A stretch of 64,000 bases of DNA from Blasia pusilla (lineage: Eukaryota), in NCBI GenBank assembly GCA_050084515.1, contig CM114271.1:48670001-48734000 (forward strand), read 5' to 3'. Below the pieces are notes generated by a model that saw only the letters and a program-made list of their open reading frames with translations, had not been told where the DNA came from and made no database searches. Both the position numbers and the translations under genes were made by a program. Below are positions 50,523 through 63,097 of the stretch, piece after piece (position 1 is the first letter of the stretch; each line of letters begins with the position of its first letter).

Positions 50523-52049
50523 TTTAATTCTAGTCATTTAATTAGTACTTAAAATTTCATTATTTTGCAAGATCAAGCCTCTAAATTAGAAATAAGTTCA
50601 ATACTTCAAACATGCAAAAGTAGATTCCTTTCTTCATTCATGTGTTATTCATAGAATCACTCATAGCTTGAGGGTAAACTCTACAACAATACTTTATTCT
50701 TGCTAATGCCTCTTTCTTTCTTGAGGAACATACATTTTTTCGATAATTTAGTGTGTGTTCATGATACACACAAATACACATATACTGGTTGCTACAAGTG
50801 GACAGGAGCTTCCTATACTTTCAGTTATCTCTACACTTCTCTCCCTTATTTTTCCTCTTCTATAAATACCACAAGTGCTCTAAGAAGATTCCTACTCTAT
50901 ACTTCTTGCTCATATAGAGATATTCCTAGTCAAGTATAGAATGCAAGATGAGAAATCCCTTCTTATGTTACTACAAAATTGTTAAGGATGAACGAGTTCT
51001 TGTCCTTCAAAGATACTACTCCCTCACTCCTACTTTTGGCTTGATCCGTGCCAAGAAAAAAAAGAAAGGTGAATACTCTACTCTAATAATGGCATTCATG
51101 AGAACAACCAAAAAATTAACATAAGACCAGAAGCTAGTAAAAAGACAATACAAAACTCAAACTCATCGAAAAGGCATTACGGAATGAAGGAGGTAAACTT
51201 AATGATATGTGTGTGAAAAACCACATATCTAGCTTCATCACCAAACAACACTGAACCATCTAAAAGAAAACGTTTGTATTCCTTCCTCAATCCAAATAAA
51301 ATCTTAGGACTTGCAACACTAGACTTAGTTCGGAGTTATAGTCCAAGACCTTCAAGTCCATCAAGAAGGCTTCAATAGAGAGGCTATATGTGTAGTTATA
51401 CACGTGTGAGTGGGAGTGAGATCTTAGCATGCATTGGGGACTAGAGGTTTCTTCATTGAGGTGAGTGGGTAATGCTATCTTAAAGGAGTGTCTCAAATTG
51501 GTGGAGCCTAAGGAGATTCTTGGGTGGATAAGAAGAAAGGAATGTGGAATTGTGGTGGTTGCATGGATTGAGTGCAAAATCCGGACATATGTACAAAGTG
51601 GATTGTGACCACTCCAAGAAGTGGATACACAGGGCTTTGGTTACTTGCTAATATTCTTGACTTGGAGAATGACATTCACATCAAAAGAACAACCATTATG
51701 TGACGACGGTAGGGTTTGGGCATGATACGTATGTGAGGATGAATTGAATTGTGGTGTGGTGTGCATGGAATGCGCCACCCTTAGAGGAGGTGAAATTTCT
51801 TGGAAAAAAAAAGGGAAAGACTCAAGAGGGCACAAGAAATAAGGGAGTGCAAAGACCCGTAATAGAATTCCACTCAAGTTTGCGCTCGCCAAGAAATTGG
51901 GTTGGATGTTGTTCTCCAATCCATAAACGTAAAAAAAAACTGAGGAGTGGGCATGAAATGGATGATGGAAATCTCATTGTGAGGATCAAGGAGTGAAGGG
52001 AGTGGGAGAGTGAATGCAAGATGAGTGTTTATATAGTGATTAAGAAGGA

Positions 52050-52677
52050 TGTCACATCTTATTTTGACGTAGGTAGAGTTCTATCGTGTCGACAACATAG
52101 AGAGTCAACGGGTTGTTCGGATGTAACTTCGTCCCGAGATGTCGGATGAGGTTGGCGATAGGTCTATTGCATCGGGAACGCCATTTATGGTGATTTACCT
52201 ATTTTGGTTCAAGCCCATCAGGTGATCCGTTGACCGAGTCAATGGTCATCCGGTAACCTATGTACGCAGGTTACCATTGGTAGAGCTATTTTGGGAAGAA
52301 GAGCCTTCTTGCTCTTCCCAAGGGTATAAGAGTGAGAGAGATGGCTTTCTCAAGCCATCTTTCCCATATTGAGCCTTAGGAGCACCTCTCTTGCATGTGC
52401 GTGTGTGGGTGTGTAGGAGCTAGGGTGCTAGCGTCTTGATCCCCTCATAGCCGAGGGTTGATGTGGTTCGATATGCCGATGTAGATTCATGAGTGGAGTT
52501 GTAGGCTGGGTGAGCCAGTTTTACTACTCTGATTTTGGTTGTGGGGTCTCATTATATATGCGTGACTATATTTTGTTTATGTGTGGATCTATCCGTATGT
52601 TGGGGAAGATCGTTGTTGTGTGGTGTGTAGATGTGACCAACGATGTGGGTTGTGTAGTGATGTGTATGCGCACGACA
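52050..52677 (+). mobile_element. Solo B+A terminal unit of the MTase-Gypsy family
   Basis: TGTCACATC...ATGTGTATGCGCACGACA; the end matches A; flanks AGGA/AAGA (4 bp, one transition). Confidence 0.8.
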
Positions 52678-54332
52678 AAGATGTAGAAAGTAGGTTTGAT
52701 TTGATAACAATGTTTGATCACAACATAAGAAATATCAAACTGCATAAGAGTGACTTGGGTTGCTAGAAGTTGGAGATAAATTAGAGGTGCATGTTGAATG
52801 TTGGGATATCAGTTGATGAGAGGTTGCATAAGAGTTGGGTGGCCTTGATTAGGATATAAACCCCCTCTCCTTATGAGTTCTTGTTAGTTTCATGTGATGA
52901 TGGTGGTGGAAGAAATCATGAGACTATTTTTTTGGAGATGCTAAGACGGATATTGTGAGTGGAGGTAGGTGTAAGTATGCATACGTGCATGAATGTTCAC
53001 CAAGGATGAGCCAACGTAAGTGCATGTAGCAAGGAGATACGAATTTCAATGGAAGTAGAATTCCGACACTACGTGTTCATGGGGAAGTTGCACAATAGTT
53101 GAGGATGGTCATTGTACATATACATATATATCTCCACACAATGTTCATCACTATTACTCATCAAATATATTAACCGTAGACTAACTCAATCATCCACCCA
53201 ATACAATTAGGGAGGCTAATCATCACCAAAACATCTCAATAAAATAGATGAGAAATCTCACATTGCACTCAAAGTGGATCAAGAGCCACTTTTCACAAGT
53301 AGACAGTCAAAGTTCACATAAGTAGGGAACTTACCAATAGTAGTAAGTTCCTCATATGACCTCCAAACATGTCCACATAAAGGGGAAACCTATTATAGTA
53401 GGTTATCCTAGATTTTAGAATCGAACGGGTTATCCATGACCTATTGGACTCAACCTCCAGTCTCTACCAAAGTGTTGCACGAGAACTTATTGTTCCACTA
53501 TCAAAGACTCGACTATGGTTGAGTACCATGACACAACGCCCATAATTGCAACGCGTCGCTGATTCTCGCGTTGTGCTTCTCAGGGTAGCATGCACCACAC
53601 CATCTTGATTACAGATACACATCAATGCGGAGGAGCAGAGCATGGATTTTTCTTAAAGAGGAGGGAATGTTGCTATTTTTTTGCATCTTGTCATCGAGGG
53701 CCATGCCATTTGTAGCCATTCTATATTTCCATTGTTGCATTATACCGCTGTAACTATAACACACATCGAGGAGATTTGAGCATCGTTAGCATTGGGGAGT
53801 GCAACTTGATGATTAGACGAGGTTGTCTCCATGAATGAGTTGGATGCAAGGTTTTCAATTTTTGAGAAGAAATATCGACATTGTGTTCAAATTACCCATT
53901 TTGATATTTTTCCTTGCATATAGGAGGGATTTTTGGGTATCGGGTAGTTGTTGGGGTATAGGGATTTATATAGATGTTGAGAGTATCCTTGATGTATGTA
54001 GTTAGGAGCAAGGTCCGGGTAGTTTTTTCTTGGCAACCCGTAGATATCCGGGGCCTTAGACGTGCAGTCAGAAAATTCGTTTAGGGTTCCGGTAGTAGGA
54101 GATAGAAATAATTTAAGACAGCTAATTTCTGAGATAAAATTTTTTTAAAGGTAAATTTCTGAATTTTTTATATTTTGACCAGTGCATTTCTGGGACTTGG
54201 GTTTGCGGGCCCCCAATTTCGGGCGGCTTGAAAATCTTCCCGGAAATTTTATTTCCGGTTTCCAACTCTTCAACTCTATTTTTCTCTCCATTTTGCACTC
54301 CTTCAAGGCTTCAACTTGGAAATTCCTTTCAC

Positions 54333-54522
54333 ATCCTTGGCAGGATTTGAACCTGGCCAAGCCTCCCACCCTTTGGGAACCAAGGATTATATGCAATTAA
54401 AATTGGGTTCCTTATTGTGAATTTCTTTGCATAGACTGCCCCTATGATCCTTTCACTCTTCTAACATATCCTTGGCAGGATTTGAACCTGGCCAGGCCTC
54501 CCACCAGTTGGGAGCCAAGGAT
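54333..54522 (-). other. Two 55-nt tRNA-like structures (54333-54387 and 54468-54522) downstream of the transposase stop
   Basis: ATCCTTGG/CCAAGGAT closing stem, TCCCA/TGGGA arm, CAGG-TTCAAAT-CCTG T-arm. Confidence 0.6.
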
Positions 54523-54609
54523 CTTACCCCTCCATAATACTTGAAGCTCCATGGAAAGCTCCAAGGTATTACAAAAGGGTCCCCCCCCCTTCTCTCTTCC
54601 ACCACTATC

Positions 54610-56896
54610 TTAAACATCTGGAATAGATGGACTTGCAGCATTCTCAACCTCATTTGTTGCTTCTATTGAAGGATCAACAATATACTTCTCAGGGTTCGAA
54701 TATACATATCTAAAGTTTGTAGAAATTTTCCAAAGTACTATTGATTCAACCAAGAGATCCTCATAATCAGGTACTAGCCCCTCTAAGGAAATCCTAAGTA
54801 CAACATCCAAATGTTTTGTCATCAATCTATTACGACTTTTAGTCTTAATAGTATTCTGAATAGAGAAAGCTCTCTCACAAATAGCTGTACTCACACATTG
54901 TACTCTAGCAATATTAGCTAACACAAGTAGGTTATAAAACTTACATTGCAAAGATGGACTCCAACTTACCATAGCCCACAAGTCTCGAAAGTTTCGGTCT
55001 TTCCACTCAGTTGTGGACATGAGCTTGAATGACTGAAATTCATGTTTCACTGCTCCAGGGTTTATAAGAGCGGGCTGCAAATGACCCCTCAGTGGTAATG
55101 CCACTCCAAAATGTGCACATAACTCATCTACCTCCTTACAACCCCAACTATTCAGCCCTACTTGCCTTGAAGGCATGTCAAGAGAATTCAATACCCTCAT
55201 TGCACCAATTAAATTGTTATCTTTGAACCGGTCATGTAAACCTGCACATACACTCTCTGAAAAATTCTTTTGAAAGGTTAAAGCAGATTCCAAGTCTTTT
55301 CCTGTCTCATCTCTCACCATCTCTATGCTATGGAACTTTCTACCCCTTATCTCAGATTGCAGGCGCTTCAGATATCCTCCAGGGGGGCCAAAATCAGGCA
55401 AAATATGGTACCCTGAATCTTCTGAGAAAGTAGAAGCATTTAAGTCATGGCTTTCCATCACAAAATTCATTGTAATGGAAGCAATTTCACAATTCACTAT
55501 GTTGCCAATAGTACTAACATCTACAAATTTGTATTGAAAAACTTTGCTCAAGTTTGCAAGAATTGACAAAATATCAGCCAGAAAATACAATAGGTAGATC
55601 ATTTGAAATGATCTTAACCTGTTGTATAGATTAGTAGCATTACCATCATCCTCAGAAGGCAAAATATCCCTGAAATACCTAAGAACAGATTCCAACGAAT
55701 CACACAATGTAGTCACTGCTTGCCAACGTGACAACCAACGAATTTTATGATACCTTTTCATAACCCTTTGGGAGTCATTGAGTTTCTCTTGCAATGTTGC
55801 AAGAGCACACTTCCTCTTGGAAGATCTCCTAAAATATCCGACTCTGACAAAGATTCAAGATGGAGTCTATATCTCTTGATGTCTCCTTGCAAGTTGGTGT
55901 TTTGGCTGTTGTCAAAGCAGCCAAATTGATCCTATGTGCTACACAATGCACAAAGAGCAAAAAGGGGTTTACCTTCTGCTTCAGTTGAGAGGCTACCCCA
56001 TTTTGACTTCCAACCATGGTTGAGGCTCCGTCAGAGCCAAAAGCTACCATTTTTGTACTCTCAAGCCCTGAATCCTTTATCAACTCCAAAAGAGTACTAG
56101 TAATAGCATTGGAGCACTTCTCTGGACATTGCATCAATCCTAGAAATGAACTCTGAACCTGGCCCTCTTCTAAGTACGTTACAAATACAACCAAGTGCCA
56201 TGTTACAGAAATATCCGTGGAATCATCTATCATAATCCCGAAAAAAGGAGACTTCTGCACTTTACTAAGGGTCCTTTTGAGAAGAACTTGGCTGATGTAA
56301 AAGCACATATCAGCACAACTCTTCTCATCCTGGTACAACTCTCTAGTCAATGGGGCATTCACAGAACATAACAACTTACACAAATTTGGGAATTTCACAA
56401 AAGGCAAGGCTTCCCTTGCAATGAAAGATGCATACTTAAATAAAGTCAATAAAGCTACATCACAAGTTCGATTAGTAGTTGCAATGGCCTTGGCCATGGA
56501 CCTGTTCCCTATGTTAGCAGCCCAAGAGAGCTTCATATGCTCATTAGATTTGCCATGATCTGTGAAGGCCGAGACCTTACAGTTTATGGCACCGTCCCTT
56601 GCAAACGAGCTCTTACCCTTTCCCTGTCTACAAACTTTGCAGAAAATCCTACCGCTTTCTACATGAAATTCTATCCAATCAAATAGAGAGTACCACATGT
56701 CCTTCCATGCATGTCGATTCTTATTGGCTATGCTTCCCAAAGGTCCATTGGATGTATCTACTTCCTTTCCATCTGATGAGCCTGACCTGCTTGACTCTTC
56801 TGAAAATAATTGACTACAATCTTTGTGTAACATTTCACTCATAGTTCTCTGTCTCTTGGCCATCTGAAGATGATGTCTCACCCTCCCCCCTTCCAC
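54610..56896 (-). pseudogene. hAT transposase (ZNF862/ZMYM1-like), single frameshift near 55850
   Basis: W..W..FDWI..FCKVC..H..H zinc finger; MIDDSTD; SDGASTM; HCVAH; RWLS; CERAFS dimerisation domain; ORFs 55829-56896 and 54610-55794. Confidence 0.88.
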
Positions 56897-57439
56897 TGTC
56901 TATGTCAAGTCACAATCGAGAACCTAACCCTAAACTAGAACAGATACAAGTTCACTACCTTGAACTAAAGAAACATGCGGCCAGGAGACCAAAGGCAACA
57001 AGTAGAGTTGTGGCCTAAAGGCAACCCCTTCTTCTTACAATGATAATAAGTGCAAAAAGAGAACGGCCCTAAACTCTGCTCATGCGAAAAAAAAACTCAA
57101 ATCCGGCTCATGCAAGACTGCAAGTGCACAAATCAGCACTATGCAATCTCGGTTGCTGCTGGAAGATAGTAGTGTAAACCAAGCTGTTGACTAAATACGC
57201 TGAACATTCAAACTCGGTACGAAAGCAACTAAGGCAAGGAAAACCAGCAAACAATGGAGGCCTTGAAGGGAAATGATTCACCCGAGCTATGGGTTTATAA
57301 GCCAAGAACAATACAAAGAAGAATAGAAGAAGACATGAACAAGAGAAGTTCCCAAGAACTATAGCGGCTCTGCAATGTAGACCCCGGGGCGGATTGAAAC
57401 TATGACAGTCCGCGGGCAAGAATATGATGTGAGCCGGGA

Positions 57440-58090
57440 AAAAACTTCTGCAAGCGAGAGTTGTGACAATTTGCAGGCAAGAGTCGCAAGAGACACACTG
57501 TCACAAAGACAAGCAAAAAGAAGTTGAGTCGAGAGTCGCTAGACCAAACTGTCACAAAAAGAGCAGAAAAGTGCCAAAAACGTGAGGAGTCGAGGCCCAA
57601 GAGGACGAGTGAGGCGGGAGCCGCGGGACGTAGGAGGCCGTGTGGTGACACAAAGTGTCACAAACACGAGCAAAAATCAGCTAAATCGAGAGTCGCTACA
57701 CCCAAACTGTCACAAAAAGAGCAAAAAAGTCCAAAAAACGTGAGGAGTCGAGGCCCGAGAAGACGACTGAGGCGGAGCCGAGGCCCGAAAGGACAAGTAA
57801 GGCGGGAGCTGCGGGACGCAGGAGGCCGTGTTGCGACACAAACTCGCACAAAGAGGAGCAAAAATCAGCTGAGTCGAGAGTCACTGGGCCCAAACTGTCA
57901 CATAGAAGATAAAAAAAGTGCCAAAAACGTAAGTCGAGGCCCGAGAGGACAAGTGAGGCCGGAGCCGAGGCCCGAGAGGACGAGTGAGGCCGGAGCCGAG
58001 GCCTGAGAGGACGAGTGAGGCCGAAAGCCGAGGCCCGAGAGGACTAGTGAGGCGGGACTCGGGAGCCGTAGGAGTCAGGACGCTGTGAGC
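57440..58090. repeat. hAT subterminal GC-rich tandem repeats
   Basis: Recurrent GAGGCCCGAGAGGACGAGTGAGGCCGGAGCC units and longer CAAACTGTCACAAAAAGAGC blocks. Confidence 0.8.
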
Positions 58091-59369
58091 CGCAGGACGC
58101 TGCGACAGAAGGTGGAACCGTGGAAATGTCGAATGATGGTCCCGCTGCCTCCCGCAGCTAGGTACCCCCATTCCCCGAATGCCCCAGGCCCCCAGCAGCC
58201 CCCAAGGCCCCTAACAGCAGCCGCTACAGCGGCACAGCCCTACTATGGAGGGAGGAAATTTGTCCAGGGACTCCAGGCCTCTCATCTGACGGTTGCTGCG
58301 GATTGCGTGTTTCCCGGTACCCGAAAGCCCCCCCGGGAACATTCCGACATGCTGAAAACCGTTGCCAGGAGATAACCGACCACTTTGAACCGGGAACGTG
58401 ATATTTCCGCCACGTCTCCGCCATGAACAGGGAAATACGGGCCAGTTTCCGAGCGGGGCGGCAAGTTTCCGAAACCACTATCCATTATCTCTAATAACCA
58501 ATTTACAAATGCTTCTTGATCATATTCTACAAGTAGATATAGTCTCCTTAATAAAACCTGCGGATCATAGATCAATAACTTCTTCCCCGAATATTTGCAC
58601 ACCTCATTGTATCTCAATGTTGTGCGATAGCTAGCTAAGTTCTCTCACATCATAAGGAGGGCTATCCTAAGTGTCTTGGTCCATCGAGAACATGCTCGCA
58701 TCCACATCTCAAGGTTATCAAGGTTCAACATCTCACCAACATCACGATGAGTAGTGTTGCATCTTTAAGCCATACTTGCATAAACACCTAAACGGCAGGG
58801 TTTCCGGCGAGTTCGTCGGAAACCCTGCCGGAAAATCCTTTCAGGGGTCGGAAATTCCTATTTTCAACCGGCCAGGTATACTCGTGGCCCCGGTTCTATG
58901 CGTTCATTGGTTAGGAGACATATATCTATGTGGGATGTCCAAAGCTTTGGATATTCTATGTCAATGAGATTATAGACTAGTATCCAATTTGTCACACCAT
59001 GTCGCTTATTGTTGCATTATACATGTCTTAGTGGGAGGTAGTGTACATTGAGTGCTACATCTTTTAATTTCAATGCTTAAGTAAGGGATTACTCAAGAGG
59101 TTGAGGATGATCATGTGAAGGGGGCATGATGATCATTACGACATCCTTTTGGGACTTTGAGAGGAGAGATGGTGTGCCCGAGAGTAGCCATAGGGGTTTT
59201 ATGCAGAGTGAGGCGAGGTTTTGAGAGTTCACATGAGGGACCATCTTGAGCTCCTTCTTTGTTTTTATCCAATGAGGGCTGAAGAGAGAAGTTTGATAGT
59301 GCATCACCACACACGTTGAGTGATACTACCATTGGGGCATACGTATAAAGGACCGCGTAGGTTTTCACG

Positions 59370-59738
59370 AGCTATGGATACCATAAAGCTGTATGATTTC
59401 ATCGCGGATTTTAGCAATGTAGAAAACTACTAAAGAAGCATAATTGGTGGGAAACGGCTCTCACACTCACACACCACCATGACGAACAAAATTTTGCAAT
59501 GAGAGAATAAGTGGAGGATGATCTCCTTCTCAATTATATGGGGTATGTACAAACAACCCTAACCCTAATCTTAACCAGAGTCTCGAGTTAGACTAACTAT
59601 GATTAACTAACCCTAGTTAAGATAAATGCGCTTAACTGACTAACGAAGATTAAGTTTCCCTACTTCGTGTGAGTACCAAATGTAGCAGTTTAGGTGTCTA
59701 ATGAGCTTGAATGTATCTTAGTCTTCAATACATCCTCT
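59370..59738 (-). mobile_element. Copia-like LTR (about 59384-59727) with an iMet-type PBS on one side and a purine tract on the other
   Basis: Minus strand AGAGGATGTAT-TGAAG...CTTTA-TGGTATCCATAGC; the terminal CA appears mutated to TA. Confidence 0.5.
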
Positions 59739-60408
59739 ATACCAGGATGGTAGTGAGGGGATGGGCGACTTAGCTCATTACTCATTTGATTCACGAGTGG
59801 AGTGATTGAGCAAGATCAAAAGAGGTGGCAACTTTGGCAACATTAAGTAGCACCATCACTTGGCATGAGGATTTGATAGAAAGGCATGCCCATATAGAGG
59901 ACATACCCATGAACAAAACCCCTATGGAGAGGAGTTTTATGGTAGCAACATCATTCCACGGAGGAGAGATGCCTTGGCGGGGTTCAAGTGAGAAGCTTCA
60001 ACGCTTAGCCAATGAGCATGTGGAGATGGCGTGGAGTGAGATGTTTGCACTAGATCATGATGGGTCAGTGAATCTTGAGGTAGCAAGGAGTGCTTGGATA
60101 TCTCCCTTAGACAAGTTAGACACCACGTCGATTATGTATTGCATCCTAAAGGAGGGTATTAGAGTGTTGGATCTCTTTGGAGGGATCAATATTCAGTGGC
60201 TGTTGTTTTGAAAAAAAAATATTTATTAGCATATGACGCATGATGAAGTTGTAAGAAATCTCACTCTAACACTTGGGATAGTTCCGCCTTTGTTTTCCCA
60301 ACTTCTTACTTGCCTTGACCATACAATGTTACTATAATTCCTTACCGAGAAACATTTCCTCGATGGGGATGTAGGACTTGTATTGGATTGGGACCATTCT
60401 TTGGTCAT

Positions 60409-60967
60409 TGTCACACGCATACACATTGCTAGTCACATCTACACACCACACAACATCGGTCTTCCCAATAAATAGATTTATCCATCCATAAAGTATGCAC
60501 GGAGTGCGCGAGGAGCGTGTTTGGGCGAGGGGCCTTGGCCCCGCACATCAATTTTACATTTTACACGCATATACATCGATACCACACAAGAAAATCATTG
60601 TGAAAGTGACTCATATAGCTAATTTCACTTTTGAATTACCATCGACATATCAAGCCGTATCCATCCTTTGCTATGAGGGAATCCAGACGCTAACACCCTA
60701 GTTCCTACTACACACAAAGCAAGAGAGGTGCTCCTAAGGCCCAATATGAGAAGGTGGCTTGGGAAAGCCATCTCTTCCCCTCTAATAGCCTTGGGAAGAC
60801 TAACTAAGACCAAAATAGAGAAATATTCATAAATTTTTTCCCGACACAACGGGCCTGTCGCCAACCTTATCCAACATCTCAAGATGAAGTTATGCTTAAA
60901 CAACCCACTGATCCTCTATATTGTTGACGCGATAGAACTCCACTTGTCGGCTAACAAAGATGTGACA
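60409..60967 (-). mobile_element. Solo B+A unit inserted in MTase motif IV
   Basis: TGTCAC...GATGTGACA; 4-bp TSD TCAT (60405-60408, 60968-60971); homologous to 52050-52677. Confidence 0.85.
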
Positions 60968-61065
60968 TCATTGCAAGTTAGCCATGCTAGGGCTGGTTGA
61001 GTGGTGGATCAGATGATGGTTTTGCTGACTATCCCAGCCTCTATTTAAAAAATACGAAGTATACT

Positions 61066-61120
61066 TGGGAGAGGCAGGATTCGAACCTACGTAGAAAACC
61101 TTCAGCAGATTTACAGTCTG
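61066..61120 (-). pseudogene. trnY: 3' 55 nt of a mitochondrial-type tRNA-Tyr(GTA), probable NUMT
   Basis: CAGACTGTAAATCTGCTGAAGGTTTTCTACGTAGGTTCGAATCCTGCCTCTCCCA: anticodon arm GTA, long variable arm, T arm, acceptor 3' strand; 5' part is absent. Confidence 0.8.
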
Positions 61121-61846
61121 AGGTTATTTGGGAGATGATGATGATCTTGTGGCACTTGCAAGAAGATAAATGCGTTCTCCAATTATATTCTAGAGAATGT
61201 ACTATTTTTGGGTGATTTTATATCACGAGTGATGACGATTGCACATCAAATTTGTGCATGGATCGACCAATCATCATGCCTCATTACCTTTGATTGACAT
61301 TGAGGATCCAAAATGGAATCCACGAAAAACTAGGAGAGATCCTACGACGACAACAGTATATAAGATACGTATGCCACAAGATTTTTTTATTTTTTTTGAG
61401 TTTTCTTGCTTCCTATGCATATAAGAAGTCCGGTGGGAGGACCACATATACTTATTTATGGAGCCCAATGTTGATGAGAGAGAGAGAGTGGATGATGGGG
61501 TTTCCCATATGAGTAACGGAAGTAACATTACTATTAGAGGTGTTTCAATGTCATGTCTTGGGCTAGGTGATTGACTAGCTTGAATTTCTTGATATGGAAT
61601 CTCAACTTAGGAGTAGCTGAGCAGCATCGGTTGTGGTTGCACCAAGTCTCTACTGCACTTGTCAGCCCCTTGCCTACCAAGACGGTTGAGATAGTGGTTA
61701 GGTCGAGATTTGAGGAGATCAAAAATTTAGAGGTGAATGGGAGAAACATCCTTGGACTTCTTGGGATGTGTTGTAGGTACACTGAGAGATGAGAGCCACA
61801 TTAGCAAGCGTGGTTCACAATTTGCATTAAGGAGCATTAGGAGGTG

Positions 61847-62441
61847 TGTTGTGCGGATACATATCGTTACACAACATACATCGCTGGTCACATCTACACC
61901 ACACAACACCGATCTTCCACATATATGGGTCATCTTTCTCAAGTCCTCATCTTTCTCATGTAAAAATAAAGAGTAGTAAAAACGGCACACCCGGCCTAAA
62001 ACTCCACTCCTCAATCTACATCGGCATATCGAGCCTCGTCCACCCTGCGCTATCAAGGAATCCGGACGCTAACACCCCAGTCCTATCTCACACACATACA
62101 AGGAGGTGCTCCAATGGCCCAACATGAGAAAGATGGCTTAGGAAAGCCATCTTCCTCTCTTATATAGGGTTGGGAAGAGCCAAAAGGCTCTTCTCCCTAA
62201 AAATAGCTATCCTCTTGGTAACGTGCGCACACAGGTTACCAGAGGTGGATGACCTGGTCAACAAGTCACCCGGTTGTGAAAGACCTCAACAAGAAAGTTG
62301 TCAGAATCGACATTCCTGACACAATGGACCTATCCTCAACCTCATCCGACACCGTGGGACAAAGTTACACTCAAGATAGTCCGCTGGCTCCTACGCCCTA
62401 TCCACGATAGATCTCGGCCTTTCGGCTACTCAGATGTGACA
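61847..62441 (-). mobile_element. Solo B+A unit inserted in the MTase-RT linker
   Basis: TGTTGTGCG...GATGTGACA; 4-bp TSD GGTG (61843-61846, 62442-62445). Confidence 0.85.
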
Positions 62442-63097
62442 GGTGAGATTTCCAAGTCGATTGTAGAGGAGCAACTAAGTTCTATAGTTTGAGATAGGAT
62501 TGCATCATAATAACCAAAACCACCCGCGCAAGAGAGTCGTATAGTAGTCATGATGGAGACTTGGGAGTTATGTCTTTCACAATCCTATAGGTATAGTGAT
62601 ATGGAAAGGGCCTTGATTCAAACTAGTGGATATCGATTTAGATCAGGAGCCAAAACTTGGTCGAGGCAGGCCTAGTGGAAATGACCCATGGAGAGAAAGT
62701 ATGCATCTACCACTATTATGCCCGCCAAGAGAGATGTGCTTGGAAATTGGGCAGAGAGGCAAATGTGTGGAAATTTCTGACCTAGCAATCAGCACACAAA
62801 GTCACATAGGCATGCCATTCCCACTCTTGAGGAGATCTTTGATCATATTGGGCATGCAAGGATCTACAATTCTTTATATATATCTTCGAGGCGGACACCA
62901 TGAATAGCCTATCAGATTGGAGGGTATGCTGAAGATGGAATTTTGGGGTATCGATCCTTGTGGGAAGGATTGTTTATATTGGTGGTGATTCTTACCATTT
63001 GGATTAAAAATACCTTGGCAGAGTTTTAGAGATCTTGGATAGGATCTTGGCAAGTTTGGATTTTGTTAGGTGTTACATTGATGATATTGTAGTCTTC

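Larger units (their letters stand above)
54009..58909 (-). mobile_element. Full-length hAT DNA transposon
   Basis: 8-bp TSD GTTAGGAG (54001-54008, 58910-58917); imperfect TIR CAAGGTCCGGGTAG versus CAATGAACGCATAG; transposase inside. Confidence 0.88.
53530..63097 (+). mobile_element. Old MTase-Gypsy copy (leader, gag start, MTase, RT) broken by hAT, Copia-like LTR, two solo units and a NUMT
   Basis: 53530-54008 and 58918-59369 match 14050-15000; GIRVLDLFGGI at about 60153-60190; split motif IV at 60400 and 60970; RT CYIDD near 63071. Confidence 0.75.

Noticed and set aside
57440-58090. GC-rich repeats and Arg-rich ORF 57524-58006 as a CRISPR array or gene
   Set aside because: Tandem subterminal repeats inside the hAT element; the ORF is a by-product of low complexity
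61066-61120. Functional tRNA-Tyr gene
   Set aside because: The 5' acceptor strand and D arm are missing
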